DNA of 64,000 nucleotides from Nitrosopumilus sp. (GTDB lineage: Archaea; Thermoproteota; Nitrososphaeria; Nitrososphaerales; Nitrosopumilaceae): assembly GCA_965218695.1 (NCBI GenBank), contig OZ244651.1:1984001-2048000 (forward strand), in the 5' to 3' direction. How positions within the stretch are numbered: the stretch's first letter is position 1; the number at the start of each line of letters is the position of its first letter. Below are positions 29,580-39,783 of the stretch, piece after piece. The translations under genes were made by a program, and so were the position numbers. The notes under the pieces were generated by a model, which made no database searches, was not told the DNA's origin, and saw nothing but the letters and a program-made list of their open reading frames with translations.

Positions 29580-30227
29580 ATGCCCAGTATGAGCGATAAG
29601 TGGTCAAAGCAACCAAAGCCAAGCATGTCCGATAAGATTAGTGATACCTTAAAACCCAAAGGTCCCCTGAAACCACGGGTTCAGCGCGCAATTGGCAAGC
29701 TACGACTGCAGACAAAGAAATTGGATTCCATGCTTGGTAACCTGCAGGAGCGTGATACAAAACTCTTCAAGAGAATTGTAGAGGCAACGCAAAAACACGA
29801 TGTCCAGACCAGCAGGGTTCTTGGAAACGAGCTGGCCGAGATCAGAAAGGTCACAAAGATTCTAAGCAGTGCCCGAATTGCGCTGGAGCAGATCGAACTG
29901 CGTCTTACTACCTGCCAAGATCTTGGAGACACGGTGGTGGCAATCATGCCAACGATAGGCCTTATGAAAAACCTGAAGACGTCCCTAGGAAAGGTAATGC
30001 CCGGGGCCGAACGGGAGATTGGCCAGATGGCAGACATGCTTGGTGGCTTCATGACTGAGAGTTTTGCAGGCGATGCCACGTTCGGACTTGACGATTCAAC
30101 CAACATCGAATCCGAAAACATCCTCAAGGAGGCTGCCGCCGTTGCTGAAAGTTCTACCAGCCAGATGTTCCCGTCGGTTCCATCCGAAACTGCCGGTAAG
30201 GCAAACTCGCTCAACTCCGAATATTAA
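29580..30227 (+). CDS. ESCRT-III (CdvB/Snf7) paralog
   Basis: PLKPRVQ...LQERD..LFKRIV...NELAEIRK...LEQIELRLTT...LGD; ILKEAAAVAE. Confidence 0.92.
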   Translation: MPSMSDKWSKQPKPSMSDKISDTLKPKGPLKPRVQRAIGKLRLQTKKLDSMLGNLQERDTKLFKRIVEATQKHDVQTSRVLGNELAEIRKVTKILSSARIALEQIELRLTTCQDLGDTVVAIMPTIGLMKNLKTSLGKVMPGAEREIGQMADMLGGFMTESFAGDATFGLDDSTNIESENILKEAAAVAESSTSQMFPSVPSETAGKANSLNSEY

Positions 30228-30367
30228 ATTCTGTCCGTGCCATACTGGTTCCTCCCGAATGCACAGGCTGGTACCTGTCTGATTTACAGTTCCCAGAATG
30301 GCCGCCCTGGCTGCTCAGGATCGGCACCATCATAAACTTCATATACATTTTCCCAACAACATTGAGC

Positions 30368-30562
30368 ATGGCCTCCAAGGCAATTACGGCAGGTGTGGGA
30401 ATTCCAATGATTGTGGTGGGTGCGTTAATGGCTTGGCTGTGGGCACCTACAAGTGCCGACCTTCAAAACCAGGTAGAGCTTGTGGGAAGCACAATCGGAA
30501 TTTTGGGAGTCGTGTTCTTCATCTCCGGACTCTTCTATTCAAAAGAACCTGTAATGCATTAG
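30368..30562 (+). CDS. Small two-TM membrane protein
   Basis: Two hydrophobic helices. Confidence 0.7.
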   Translation: MASKAITAGVGIPMIVVGALMAWLWAPTSADLQNQVELVGSTIGILGVVFFISGLFYSKEPVMH

Positions 30563-30594
30563 GTACATAACCGAGTAGCCTTCAAACACATTAC

Positions 30595-31308
30595 TTGAAT
30601 GTCAGACTGTCTGAGATATTTACATCCGTTGAAGGCGAAGGCATCCTTTACGGAACAAAGACGTTGTTTGTAAGGCTGGCCGGCTGTCCCTTTACGTGCT
30701 TTTACTGTGATACTCCTGAATCCCTTCCGCTTGACTCGGGCACGGAGCACACTGTTGAGGAGGCCTGCGGCATGATCGACTCAAGCCTGCAGAGAAAGAC
30801 ATTCAAGGTCAACTTTACCGGGGGCGATCCCCTGATACAGCACCAGGCCGTGGCGCTTCTTGCACAGCATGTCCAGAAAAAAAAGATCCCCACCTATCTG
30901 GAGTCATCATGCTTTGATGTAGACAGGTTCAACCACGTTCTGCCATATTTTGACATAATAAAGATTGAGTTCAAGACAAGGGATTCAAATTTTGTAGACC
31001 CGCAACACCATGAACGACTGACCGGCCATGCCATGAAATGCCTTGAGTCGGCTGCTAGAGGAGGCAAGACAACATACGTCAAGGTTGTGGCAAGCTCCAA
31101 GACAGACCCTGGCGACATTGAGGATCTGGCATCTGCAGTCTTTGGGGGTCCGTCCGGACATGCCGTGTCCGGGTTTGTCATCCAGCCAACCTATGGCGTT
31201 TCTGAGCCATTGCTGGAACATCTGCTGGAACTGTACGATGCTGTTGTTCCGTACTATGGGGATGTCCGGATAGTCCCGCAACTGCACAAGTTCATCGGGG
31301 CGCCATAA
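30595..31308 (+). CDS. queE: 7-carboxy-7-deazaguanine synthase (radical SAM)
   Basis: EIFTSVEGEG, FVRLAGCPFTCFYCDT, TGGDP, PQLHK. Confidence 0.92.
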   Translation: MNVRLSEIFTSVEGEGILYGTKTLFVRLAGCPFTCFYCDTPESLPLDSGTEHTVEEACGMIDSSLQRKTFKVNFTGGDPLIQHQAVALLAQHVQKKKIPTYLESSCFDVDRFNHVLPYFDIIKIEFKTRDSNFVDPQHHERLTGHAMKCLESAARGGKTTYVKVVASSKTDPGDIEDLASAVFGGPSGHAVSGFVIQPTYGVSEPLLEHLLELYDAVVPYYGDVRIVPQLHKFIGAP

Positions 31309-31493
31309 GGTGCAGATCAGGGCACATAGTGTTTTCTGGGCATGATGCCGGCGGCTACCCCGCGGCATGGACGAACCGCAGGACATGAACACGATACGTG
31401 AGGGCTGCAGGGTAAAACACCGCGCCGTGATGTAGGATAACTGACTGAGGATCCGCTTAGGTTCAAATATCCGACAAATGCCGTACCTGTCAA

Positions 31494-32048
31494 ATGGATC
31501 ATGAACGCGTAAAGAAGCTTATCCGGGAACTGATAATTGAGGTAGGCGAGGATCCGACCCGGGAGGGGCTACGGGAGACTCCCCAGAGGATTGCCAACAT
31601 GTACACTGAGATCTTTGAGGGCTACGACTCTGACTCGGAGCTGTCCGTACAGTTCTCCGAGGACTCTGATACGGTGATTGCACGCGACATTCAGTTCTAC
31701 TCCATGTGCGAACACCACATGCTGCCATTCTACGGAAAGATCCACATAGCGTACTCGCCAAACGGCAGGGTCTTTGGCATATCCAAACTGGTCAAACTGG
31801 TGGAAAAGTACTCAAGGAGGCTGCAGATACAGGAGAGGCTTACAAAGAACATCGCCAACGAACTGTACGGGCAGGGAGTCCGGGGCGTGGTGGTGCTGGT
31901 TGAGGCAGAACACCTGTGCATGAAGATGCGGGGGGTCAGAAACGACGCTGTGCTGCTGTCCTCTGCATTCCGTGGAATCTATGAGAGCCGGGAGGAGAAG
32001 GCAAGCATCATGACCATGATTAAGCAGCACGTACAGGACTCGCTTTGA
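31494..32048 (+). CDS. folE: GTP cyclohydrolase I
   Basis: GLRETPQR, SMCEHHMLPF, RRLQIQERLT, HLCMKMRG. Confidence 0.96.
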   Translation: MDHERVKKLIRELIIEVGEDPTREGLRETPQRIANMYTEIFEGYDSDSELSVQFSEDSDTVIARDIQFYSMCEHHMLPFYGKIHIAYSPNGRVFGISKLVKLVEKYSRRLQIQERLTKNIANELYGQGVRGVVVLVEAEHLCMKMRGVRNDAVLLSSAFRGIYESREEKASIMTMIKQHVQDSL

Positions 32049-32123
32049 GGGAACCGCATTCAAAGGCGGCTTCCCAGTTTTGATATTGGAATAATTAAAT
32101 AATCACCCCTCTTGATTACCAGC

Positions 32124-32375
32124 ATGGGATCGCACCCGAACGTCCACATTCCAAAGGAATCATGGCCCAACTGGACATGGTACGCACTGGAGGCCGGAAT
32201 CGTTCTTGCAGTGTCCATGCTGGTCTCACAGCAGATCACCGACTCGATTGAGGGCCTTGCAGCAGACACCCAAAACTACGTCTTCATGGGGATCGTCGGA
32301 CTGATATTTCTGGTATGGTACGTTGGAATCCGGGGACTCCTTCTGAAGAAGAAGATCCTCGGGAACAGCTACTAG
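32124..32375 (+). CDS. Small membrane protein
   Basis: Two TM helices. Confidence 0.7.
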   Translation: MGSHPNVHIPKESWPNWTWYALEAGIVLAVSMLVSQQITDSIEGLAADTQNYVFMGIVGLIFLVWYVGIRGLLLKKKILGNSY

Positions 32376-33082
32376 CGCCGCCTCAGATATCTTGTCCTGT
32401 CCGTAATGCCTGCCTCCTCAAATGCAGCCTTTCTGTTGTTGCACGACTCGCATACTCCGCAATGAAACCTCTTGTCCGTGTAGCAGCTCCACGTCTTGAA
32501 GATCAGGTCCCCCAAGGCGTCCGCTCCGGCTCTTAGCAGATCGCTCTTTGAGAGGCCGCGTCTGTAGGGCGACCATATCTCAATCTTGTTGTGCAACCCG
32601 GATCTGATTCCATCGATCTCGCCCTGGTTGAACGCCGCCTCGATCTTTTTTGTGAACGCCGGCCTGCAGTCCGGGTAGTGACTGTCCCCGGTGTGCGCAC
32701 CGTATCCTACCAAGGAGGCGCCAATGGCATATGCCCATGCCGAGGCAATTGAGAGGAATATCGCGTTTCTGATTGGGACTACAATCGAATACTCAAATCT
32801 TCCAGGTATGTCCCTGGTGCCTGTCAGGACATTTGCATCCCCGTACAACTCCTTCATAAAACCAATATCGACTACCTTGTGCTGTTTGAATCCGAGCCGC
32901 TTGGCAAAGGTTCCTGCCACGGCCACCTCTCCGCCTGCCCTCTGTCCGTACGAAAAACTGATCCCGTACAACTCGTATCTTGGCTTGAGAAGCAGTGCGG
33001 TGCACACCGAATCCAAACCCCCGCTGAAAACAATGACTGCCTTTGCTGGATCCAGCCTGGCATCATCCCCTGCGTGCAGCAC
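32372..33082 (-). CDS. queC: 7-cyano-7-deazaguanine synthase
   Basis: SGGLDS, YGQR, VPIRN, YPDCR, TWSCY...HCGVCESC. Confidence 0.94.
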   Translation of the reverse strand: MLHAGDDARLDPAKAVIVFSGGLDSVCTALLLKPRYELYGISFSYGQRAGGEVAVAGTFAKRLGFKQHKVVDIGFMKELYGDANVLTGTRDIPGRFEYSIVVPIRNAIFLSIASAWAYAIGASLVGYGAHTGDSHYPDCRPAFTKKIEAAFNQGEIDGIRSGLHNKIEIWSPYRRGLSKSDLLRAGADALGDLIFKTWSCYTDKRFHCGVCESCNNRKAAFEEAGITDRTRYLRRR

Positions 33083-33980
33083 CCCTGGCTGGCCTGCATA
33101 TGATCGTCTGTGACTCCGTGCCGGCTGTCCTGAACCCTTCTGACATGGCAGTTCTGATCGCCTCTAGATCCGCCGTGTCGTCTGTGAATGCTATTACTGA
33201 AGGCCCAGCGCCGCTAATCGTAACGCCAAACGCCCCTGCCCTCAGGGCACGGTGTTTGACTTGGGAGAACCCTGGAATCATATGCTGCCTTGCAGGCTCG
33301 ACTATCACATCCCTGACCGAGCTTCCGATTAGACGTGGATCCCTTCTCATAAACCCGGCCACCATGCCTGCCGCATTTGCCAGGTTCAGGATGCTGTCTG
33401 AGAGGCTGACCCTCTTTGGAAGCACCCCCCTTGAGACCTTGGTCTTCTTTTCAGGAACCTTGAGTCTTGGAACCGCCACACACATCCTGAGTTTTGACGG
33501 CGGCGTTATCCTGATTACGTCCAGGGGCTCGGTCCTTACAATCACGAACCCTCCCAAGACCGAGGCTGCAACGTTGTCATAGTGTACGGAACCCGCACTT
33601 GCCTTCTCCCCGGAACCCGCAAGCTCCACTAGGGTGTTTCCATCAAGATTCAGTCCAAACAGCCTGTCAAATGCCACGGCCGCCGCCGCCGCCGATGCCG
33701 CACTGCTCCCCATTCCGAATCCTGCTGGTACCCCCTTGTTGATCCTGATCTCCACGCCGCCGCCGATCTCAAACCTTTCTGCCATGTTCTTGACTACCAG
33801 CCCCGCCGTGTTTCTGGCAGGCTCCGCAGGAATGTCATCGTCTGTTACTATCACGATTCCGTCTCCGGCCTCAGTCAGGGTCACCGTGTCGTAAAACGCG
33901 TCCATTGCCAGTCCGAACACATCAAAACCCGGCCCTAGGTTTGCAGTTGATGACGGGGACTTTACAGTCACTGATGCCAT
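33063..33980 (-). CDS. thrB: Homoserine kinase
   Basis: TANLGPGFD, GMGSSAA, HYDNVA, ISGAGPS. Confidence 0.95.
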   Translation of the reverse strand: MASVTVKSPSSTANLGPGFDVFGLAMDAFYDTVTLTEAGDGIVIVTDDDIPAEPARNTAGLVVKNMAERFEIGGGVEIRINKGVPAGFGMGSSAASAAAAAVAFDRLFGLNLDGNTLVELAGSGEKASAGSVHYDNVAASVLGGFVIVRTEPLDVIRITPPSKLRMCVAVPRLKVPEKKTKVSRGVLPKRVSLSDSILNLANAAGMVAGFMRRDPRLIGSSVRDVIVEPARQHMIPGFSQVKHRALRAGAFGVTISGAGPSVIAFTDDTADLEAIRTAMSEGFRTAGTESQTIICRPARGAARRG

Positions 33981-34739
33981 CTAATCTTCCGCCTCCTCCC
34001 CAAGGTTGAGCATCCTGCTCAGGGCGCTCTCAAGGTTGACAAGGCCCTCTTCTGTAGTGTTGGAGATTGGAATCAGTCCCTGTGCAAACCCGCCCAAGTT
34101 CAGGCCGCGCAGAATGTTTATGGTAAGCGTGTAGGCCTCCCCGCCAGCCTCCTTGGACACCGCCCCCTCCAGCGCCGCCAAGTTTGTGGACCACCCGAGA
34201 ATCTCCCTTAGCCGGTCCGCTATGAGATCCGTCTTTGTTATTATGTTGACTGTGGGCAGATTCAGCCGCAGCCTTATTGACGTTGCAAGCAACGCAATTG
34301 AGATAAAGTTTACAGGAGTGGTAATTAGGGCGCCATCAAACAGAAAGATGCTGGCCTTCTCGTCAGATACGATGCTGTCTACAAGGAAACTCCCGCTGGA
34401 GCGGTATGCAGACAGTTCAATCTGGCCCGGAGTATCTATGATGAGGTAGTCCGGATTTACCCCGTCGATCTCCCTTTGTATGTCATCGATCCTTGATGCA
34501 AGCAGATCGCTTGCCATTATCAGGGCGCCGTTGGGACCCAGTTCATACTGCTGCATTATGGATGTCATGTCCACATAGTCCCTGGCATCTACATCACATG
34601 TGTATGGCAGGTTCTCCACGCCGGGATCTAGGTTCAGGGCTGCTGCAAACGCCCCATTCCTCCTGTAGTGATCGCACAGTTTTGATGTGAGCAGTGATTT
34701 TCCGGCACCTGCAGTGCCCAACACAAAGATCGACTTCAA
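33981..34739 (-). CDS. GPN-loop GTPase
   Basis: GTAGAGKS, NLDPG, LGPNG, DTPGQIE. Confidence 0.93.
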   Translation of the reverse strand: MKSIFVLGTAGAGKSLLTSKLCDHYRRNGAFAAALNLDPGVENLPYTCDVDARDYVDMTSIMQQYELGPNGALIMASDLLASRIDDIQREIDGVNPDYLIIDTPGQIELSAYRSSGSFLVDSIVSDEKASIFLFDGALITTPVNFISIALLATSIRLRLNLPTVNIITKTDLIADRLREILGWSTNLAALEGAVSKEAGGEAYTLTINILRGLNLGGFAQGLIPISNTTEEGLVNLESALSRMLNLGEEAED

Positions 34740-34970
34740 CGGTATGATCACTGCCTGCCCGTATTTCAAACTAGCTTGGCCCCTCACGTGGGAGACAGGA
34801 GATGATGCTGTCTTGGAACCCTACACAGAACCATGCTCTGTTCTCTTGCAGCCTGTAGGGGAACCCAGTGCACATACGCCATGTTCGTGGTGGGGGTAAT
34901 GGCAAACGCAAGCATCAAACCCGCAAAACCCTACCAACTTTCATATTTGATTCCCAAAACACACTCTTAC

Positions 34971-35987
34971 ATGAACTGGAGACTTGTCGTGATCCCTGTG
35001 ACATTGATCCCAATTATGATTATTGCCATCACCTTTGATATCAAACCGGAGGATGTTCTGGCCATCGGGATTGTTCCGTTTGCAGGCGCAGTAGCTGCCA
35101 TGATGATAAAACTGGGCCTTCAGGGGGCCAAGTTTGCCTACATTACAAGACGGTATGTCGGCAACATCGATTCTGTCCTAAAACTGAGCGGGGTCCGGGT
35201 CGGAAGCGAGTTCATCAAGTTCACTACTCCGATGTTTATCGGAGCGGAGTTTGTAGTAATCTATTATCTGCACAAAAAGGGCGTAAAGCCGTCCAAGGCC
35301 ACATGGATAGCCATTATGGACATCGTCACCGAGGTGCTTGCAGGAGGAATAATATCCATGATTGCAGGAGTGATTGCATTGCTGCACGGGGCATACACTG
35401 TCGGCATAGTCATTATGGCCACCAGCATCACTGTAACGACCCTGTGGATGATAATGTTCTTCCTGTCCTCCAAGCGTACATTCCAGGTTCCCGGCGCCTT
35501 GGCAAGCCTTGCCCAAAGGCTTGGAAAGGGGAAGGGCAGCAGATACATCGACAAGACCAACATGTGGATGGCCGAGATGTGTGAGATAAGCAGAAAGAAC
35601 CTCAGGACATCCGAATCCAAAAAAGTCTTTACTGTGTCATTTCTACTATCGCTTGCATCGTGGATATTCTATGGGATCTCGTTCCTGGTCATTGCAGTCG
35701 GGGCCGGATACGCGATAGGAATTTTTGACTCTGTAATGGCAGTCATGGGTGCCAACGCCATCGGAAACCTGCCGATTACGGTGGGTGGGGCGGGCCTGGC
35801 CGAGTTTGGGATCGTGGCATACCTGAACAACCTGAACCCCTTCGACTTTGATCCCTCACAAGCGGGTCTTGAATGGGACGCTGTAATCGGGTGGAGGATT
35901 GCAACATACTACGTGCCGATTCTCATTACCTGGCTGCTCTTGGTAAAGCTGGCCCTGAGCAAGATATCTAATACGCAGACTGCATAG
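34971..35987 (+). CDS. Lysylphosphatidylglycerol synthase TM domain / UPF0104 flippase-like protein
   Basis: Multiple TM helices; TP..IGAE, PITVGGAGLAE, WRIATYY. Confidence 0.85.
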   Translation: MNWRLVVIPVTLIPIMIIAITFDIKPEDVLAIGIVPFAGAVAAMMIKLGLQGAKFAYITRRYVGNIDSVLKLSGVRVGSEFIKFTTPMFIGAEFVVIYYLHKKGVKPSKATWIAIMDIVTEVLAGGIISMIAGVIALLHGAYTVGIVIMATSITVTTLWMIMFFLSSKRTFQVPGALASLAQRLGKGKGSRYIDKTNMWMAEMCEISRKNLRTSESKKVFTVSFLLSLASWIFYGISFLVIAVGAGYAIGIFDSVMAVMGANAIGNLPITVGGAGLAEFGIVAYLNNLNPFDFDPSQAGLEWDAVIGWRIATYYVPILITWLLLVKLALSKISNTQTA

Positions 35988-36014
35988 AGGCAGCCTAACC
36001 CATGGTTGTGGGTT

Positions 36015-36980
36015 CTATTTGAGGAACAGCGTCCCATACTCTTTTGTCCACGGGGACCACTCGCCTTCAGGGCGACAGTTTTCGATATTCTGAATGACCC
36101 CCTTGACCTTGGCATCCAGATTGTCGATATGGTGCAGTGCTACGGCCTCTGGGAATCTTGGAACTACGGGGGATGCCCACTCCAGTCTTCCATGGTGGCT
36201 TAGTATCATGTGGAGGATCTTCATGGCCAAGTTTTCTGGAAACGAATCCAGTCTTCCTATTCTCCGGACGATCATGTTGTATCCCATGGGGATGTGTCCA
36301 AGTAAGCTTCCCTTCGTGGTGTAGGTGATGCCGGTGCTTGCCTCCAACTCCTCCATCTTTCCGATATCGTGAAGAATGCATCCGCATACAAGCAGATCGC
36401 AGTCCAGCATGTGATGGGATTGGACCGCCATTTTGGCAAATCCGATCATGCTGAGCACGTGCTCCAAGAGTCCGCCGATATAGTTGTGGTGGTTTGATTT
36501 GGCGGCAGGCGTCTTGGCATATCTGTCCAAAAAGCCCTCATCATCAAACATACCCTTTAACAACGTCCTGATGTCCGTGTTGCCCATATTGTTAATGACG
36601 CCCCGAAGCTCTTCCTTCATCCCTTCCATGTCTCTTGGCGCAGTCTTGAGAAGATCGCCTGGTTCAAAATCATCCGTCTTTGAGATTCCTCCCTGTTTGG
36701 GAGTGACTGAGATCTGTAACTTGCCCTGATAACTGCTGACATTTCCGGAGACCCGTATGACATCCAGTTCGTCAAAGGAGGAATGAACCTGCCTTATCTG
36801 ACCCTCGTCCTCATCTCCCCAGTACCTGAGTTCGGCTTCTCCTGTTCGGTCTCCCAACCTAACCCCAAAATAGAACCCCTCCCTGTTCTTGTATTTTTGA
36901 ATGGATTCCTTCTTGGTTACAGCAAAGTAGGACTCTGCAGAACCCCCGTCCTTCAGATCCGTAACATACTGCTTTGCCAT
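36015..36980 (-). CDS. YhaM/Cbf1-like 3'-5' exonuclease (OB fold plus HD domain)
   Basis: LGDRTG OB fold; PAAKSNHHNYIGGLLEH, LHDIGK, LLGHI, HMILSHHG, LHHIDNLDA. Confidence 0.9.
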   Translation of the reverse strand: MAKQYVTDLKDGGSAESYFAVTKKESIQKYKNREGFYFGVRLGDRTGEAELRYWGDEDEGQIRQVHSSFDELDVIRVSGNVSSYQGKLQISVTPKQGGISKTDDFEPGDLLKTAPRDMEGMKEELRGVINNMGNTDIRTLLKGMFDDEGFLDRYAKTPAAKSNHHNYIGGLLEHVLSMIGFAKMAVQSHHMLDCDLLVCGCILHDIGKMEELEASTGITYTTKGSLLGHIPMGYNMIVRRIGRLDSFPENLAMKILHMILSHHGRLEWASPVVPRFPEAVALHHIDNLDAKVKGVIQNIENCRPEGEWSPWTKEYGTLFLK

Positions 36981-37216
36981 AAGGCTGGTTCATACCCCCT
37001 GTTTATCATAGTATCGTTGTTCTCTTGATGACCTGCAGGCCTGGTTCTGTATCCCGGTAGGGCACGTCGGCGGGATGTACATACTCAGGTTCCGATTAGT
37101 TCTAGGCACGGATTTGTAAACAGTTTCGCATTTTCACGCCTACACCGGTGATGGACCTGAGTATATACGGCGGGATATGGATAACCATTATATGAACTGG
37201 AACCGGCTTGTTGCTG

Positions 37217-37804
37217 ATGACTCCTACTGAGGGTGAGCAGCGGCTGGCAGAGCTGCTAGCCGAGACTGAGGCATTCAAGTACTCCCCGGACAAGCCATTT
37301 CAGTTGGCCGCAGGCGGAACAAGCATGTACTATTTTGATCTAAGGCTTCTGAACGGCCATCCGGAGGGAATCAACACCGTGGCCTGTGTGCTTTACGATC
37401 GAATCAGGAGGCTGGGTGCCAAGTCAATTGGCGGTCTGGAGGCAGGTTCCATTCCAATTGCGACTGCTGTCTCGCAGCTGAGCTATCTGGAAAACAAAAG
37501 GGATCCATCAAACCCCCTGCTGGAGTCATTCTATGTGCGCAAGAAGCCCAAGGAGCACGGGACTAGAAAGATGATCGAGGGAAGAATTTCGTCACCCGTG
37601 GTGGTGGTTGATGATGTAATTACCAGCGGCAAGTCTGCAATAACTGCCATGGACGCAGTAAGGGCCGCAGGGCATGACTGCAGATGTCTTCTGTCCATAG
37701 TGTTCCGGGGAACCCAACAGGATCTTAATAGGATCGAAGGGCACGGCGCATTTGAGTCCATCTTCACTGCAGATCAGCTGATAGGCAGGTTCAAGGAACC
37801 CTGA
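37217..37804 (+). CDS. pyrE: Orotate phosphoribosyltransferase-like protein
   Basis: FQLAAG..S.YYFD, GGLEAGSIP, VRKKPKEHG, VVVDDVITSG. Confidence 0.88.
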   Translation: MTPTEGEQRLAELLAETEAFKYSPDKPFQLAAGGTSMYYFDLRLLNGHPEGINTVACVLYDRIRRLGAKSIGGLEAGSIPIATAVSQLSYLENKRDPSNPLLESFYVRKKPKEHGTRKMIEGRISSPVVVVDDVITSGKSAITAMDAVRAAGHDCRCLLSIVFRGTQQDLNRIEGHGAFESIFTADQLIGRFKEP

Positions 37805-37923
37805 ACTGCAACCTAACGCAGAGTAGATCCGCACCAATTGGCGATGTTACACCAAAAGATCATCTGCATGCACAGACACCCCAATCGAAACTACTTTATC
37901 CAAAAAACACCCCCACCTGATCT

Positions 37924-38724
37924 GTGGATTTCCAAGGTAAGACTGTCCTAATTACTGGCGCATCTTCTGGCATCGGCAGGGAGGCTGCCGTCAGATTTGC
38001 AAAACGCGGCGCCAGCTTGGTTCTGGTTGCAAGAAGGGCGGACCTGCTTGAGCAGCTTGCAGAAGATCTAGGAAAGATTAATGCAACGACGCTTGTCTGC
38101 AGGTGTGATGTCTCCAAGAGGGAGGAGGTGCAGGACATGGTCAGTACCGCCCTTGAGAGATTCGGCTCGGTTGATATCCTGGTGAACAACGCCGGATTTG
38201 CAGTGTACGGCTCGGTAACCGATCTCTCCATTGGGGACATAGAGTCCCAGATGGAGACAAACTATCTCGGAATGATCTACTGCATAAAGAACCTTCTTCC
38301 GTCCATGATACAAAACGGCTCCGGCCATATAGTAAATGTCGCATCCGTTGCGGCAAGCTTTGGCCTTCCGGGGATCGCCCCATACTGTGCCACAAAGCAC
38401 GCAATGCTGGGATTCTCCGAGGGCCTCAAACATGAGCTGCAAGACACCGGAGTCGGCGTTACCGTGGTTAGTCCAATAATGGTACGGACCAGCTTCTTTG
38501 ACCATCCGTCCTTTGAGGGGATGCCCAAATACTCCCCGACATCACTAAGTCCTGGGGACGTGGCAGGGGCAATCCTGAGGGCTGCAGATTCGCCCCGGCT
38601 TGAGATCATAGTCCCCTGGGTAGCAAGGGCAGCAGTATGGCTCAAGCACACATTCCCCTACATCATAAATCCTATTCTTGGAAGATTCTTCAAAAGGCAG
38701 ATGGAACGCGCAAGGTCGAACTGA
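37924..38724 (+). CDS. Short-chain dehydrogenase/reductase
   Basis: TGASSGIG, NNAG, YCATK. Confidence 0.92.
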   Translation: MDFQGKTVLITGASSGIGREAAVRFAKRGASLVLVARRADLLEQLAEDLGKINATTLVCRCDVSKREEVQDMVSTALERFGSVDILVNNAGFAVYGSVTDLSIGDIESQMETNYLGMIYCIKNLLPSMIQNGSGHIVNVASVAASFGLPGIAPYCATKHAMLGFSEGLKHELQDTGVGVTVVSPIMVRTSFFDHPSFEGMPKYSPTSLSPGDVAGAILRAADSPRLEIIVPWVARAAVWLKHTFPYIINPILGRFFKRQMERARSN

Positions 38725-39102
38725 TTACTCTTCTGGAATCTCTGAACTTACGTCCAGCAGATCCGACGACCTGAGTTCAAACCGGTATGTGGCAGTCATG
38801 TCGATCCCTTTTTCCTCCTTGAGATACTCTGAGACCTTGCTGCTCAGATGTGCCTTGTACTGGTCAAAGATGAACTCATAGACGACCCCCTTCTCAAGAT
38901 TCTCCATCCCTTCTGGCAGATCCATTGTGACTATGCGTCTTCCGTCCTCTACAGGCTCGTACAACTGCACATCAATCTTGCCGTCTGCATCGTACATCTC
39001 CAAGATGTATCCTGTGTGTTTTTGCTCCGTAGGGCTACCAAACTCGGCATTTTGGATATCCTCTGAAACCCATTCTGGGATCTCGCCCTTCTTTTTTGCC
39101 AT
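38725..39102 (-). CDS. Conserved hypothetical protein
   Basis: Acidic 125-aa ORF coupled to the upstream gene. Confidence 0.7.
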   Translation of the reverse strand: MAKKKGEIPEWVSEDIQNAEFGSPTEQKHTGYILEMYDADGKIDVQLYEPVEDGRRIVTMDLPEGMENLEKGVVYEFIFDQYKAHLSSKVSEYLKEEKGIDMTATYRFELRSSDLLDVSSEIPEE

Positions 39103-39103
39103 G

Positions 39104-39424
39104 CTATACTCTATCCTGATAACTCTGCTTCTCTTTCTTGCTCTTCTGCCACCAGTCAAGGTAGTCGTCCTGTCTGTCCTGACGCGTCTTCTCCTTCTGG
39201 TTCAGCCTGTACCTGATGTCCGATACCTGCTCCCTTGTCGCGTAAAGACCGCACCTCCTACAGATGAAGTGCTTTGTGGCCACGTCAATCTTCATTGGAA
39301 TGTCAATCTCATCAAACAGTTTGTACAGATCATCACTGCTCCTGTCCTCTTCGGAGATCTGTGCCTCGTACCGTTCTTGGATCTTCTTTCTCTCCCTTGC
39401 AGAACATTCTGGACAGTTGGTCAC
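39104..39424 (-). CDS. Zn-finger hypothetical protein
   Basis: CPEC...CRRCG. Confidence 0.75.
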   Translation of the reverse strand: MTNCPECSARERKKIQERYEAQISEEDRSSDDLYKLFDEIDIPMKIDVATKHFICRRCGLYATREQVSDIRYRLNQKEKTRQDRQDDYLDWWQKSKKEKQSYQDRV

Positions 39425-39783
39425 TGTCTCTTTGGGTTAATTTTTTCCATAAAAGCCTTACCACGATGGCATTTTGCCTACACACGATCCTGTTGCCTTG
39501 GAGGGCTCCTGAGAACCACGTGGCCATACCGCCTTGCATTCTCGTGGTGCCACCTTACATCATCTGCAAAATTTACATCCGGCACGTTCGACGATCTGCC
39601 AAGCTCCACCATACGAATCTTCTGTTTACGTAAAAACTCCTTTGCCATGGCTAATTGGCATGGCACACCAATGCACAAACTAACTTGCATCTGACACGCG
39701 GATTTTTTCATCATCCCTTGCGGTCCGTTCGCCCATCGAACATCCCGCGTGCCAGACAAAAAACATTTCACAGGGGTGGCATT

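Noticed and set aside
30595-33082. queE/folE/queC as a possible dpd-type 7-deazaguanine DNA modification system
   Set aside because: No dpdA/tgt-like gene nearby and the context is housekeeping; best explained as preQ0 supply for archaeosine
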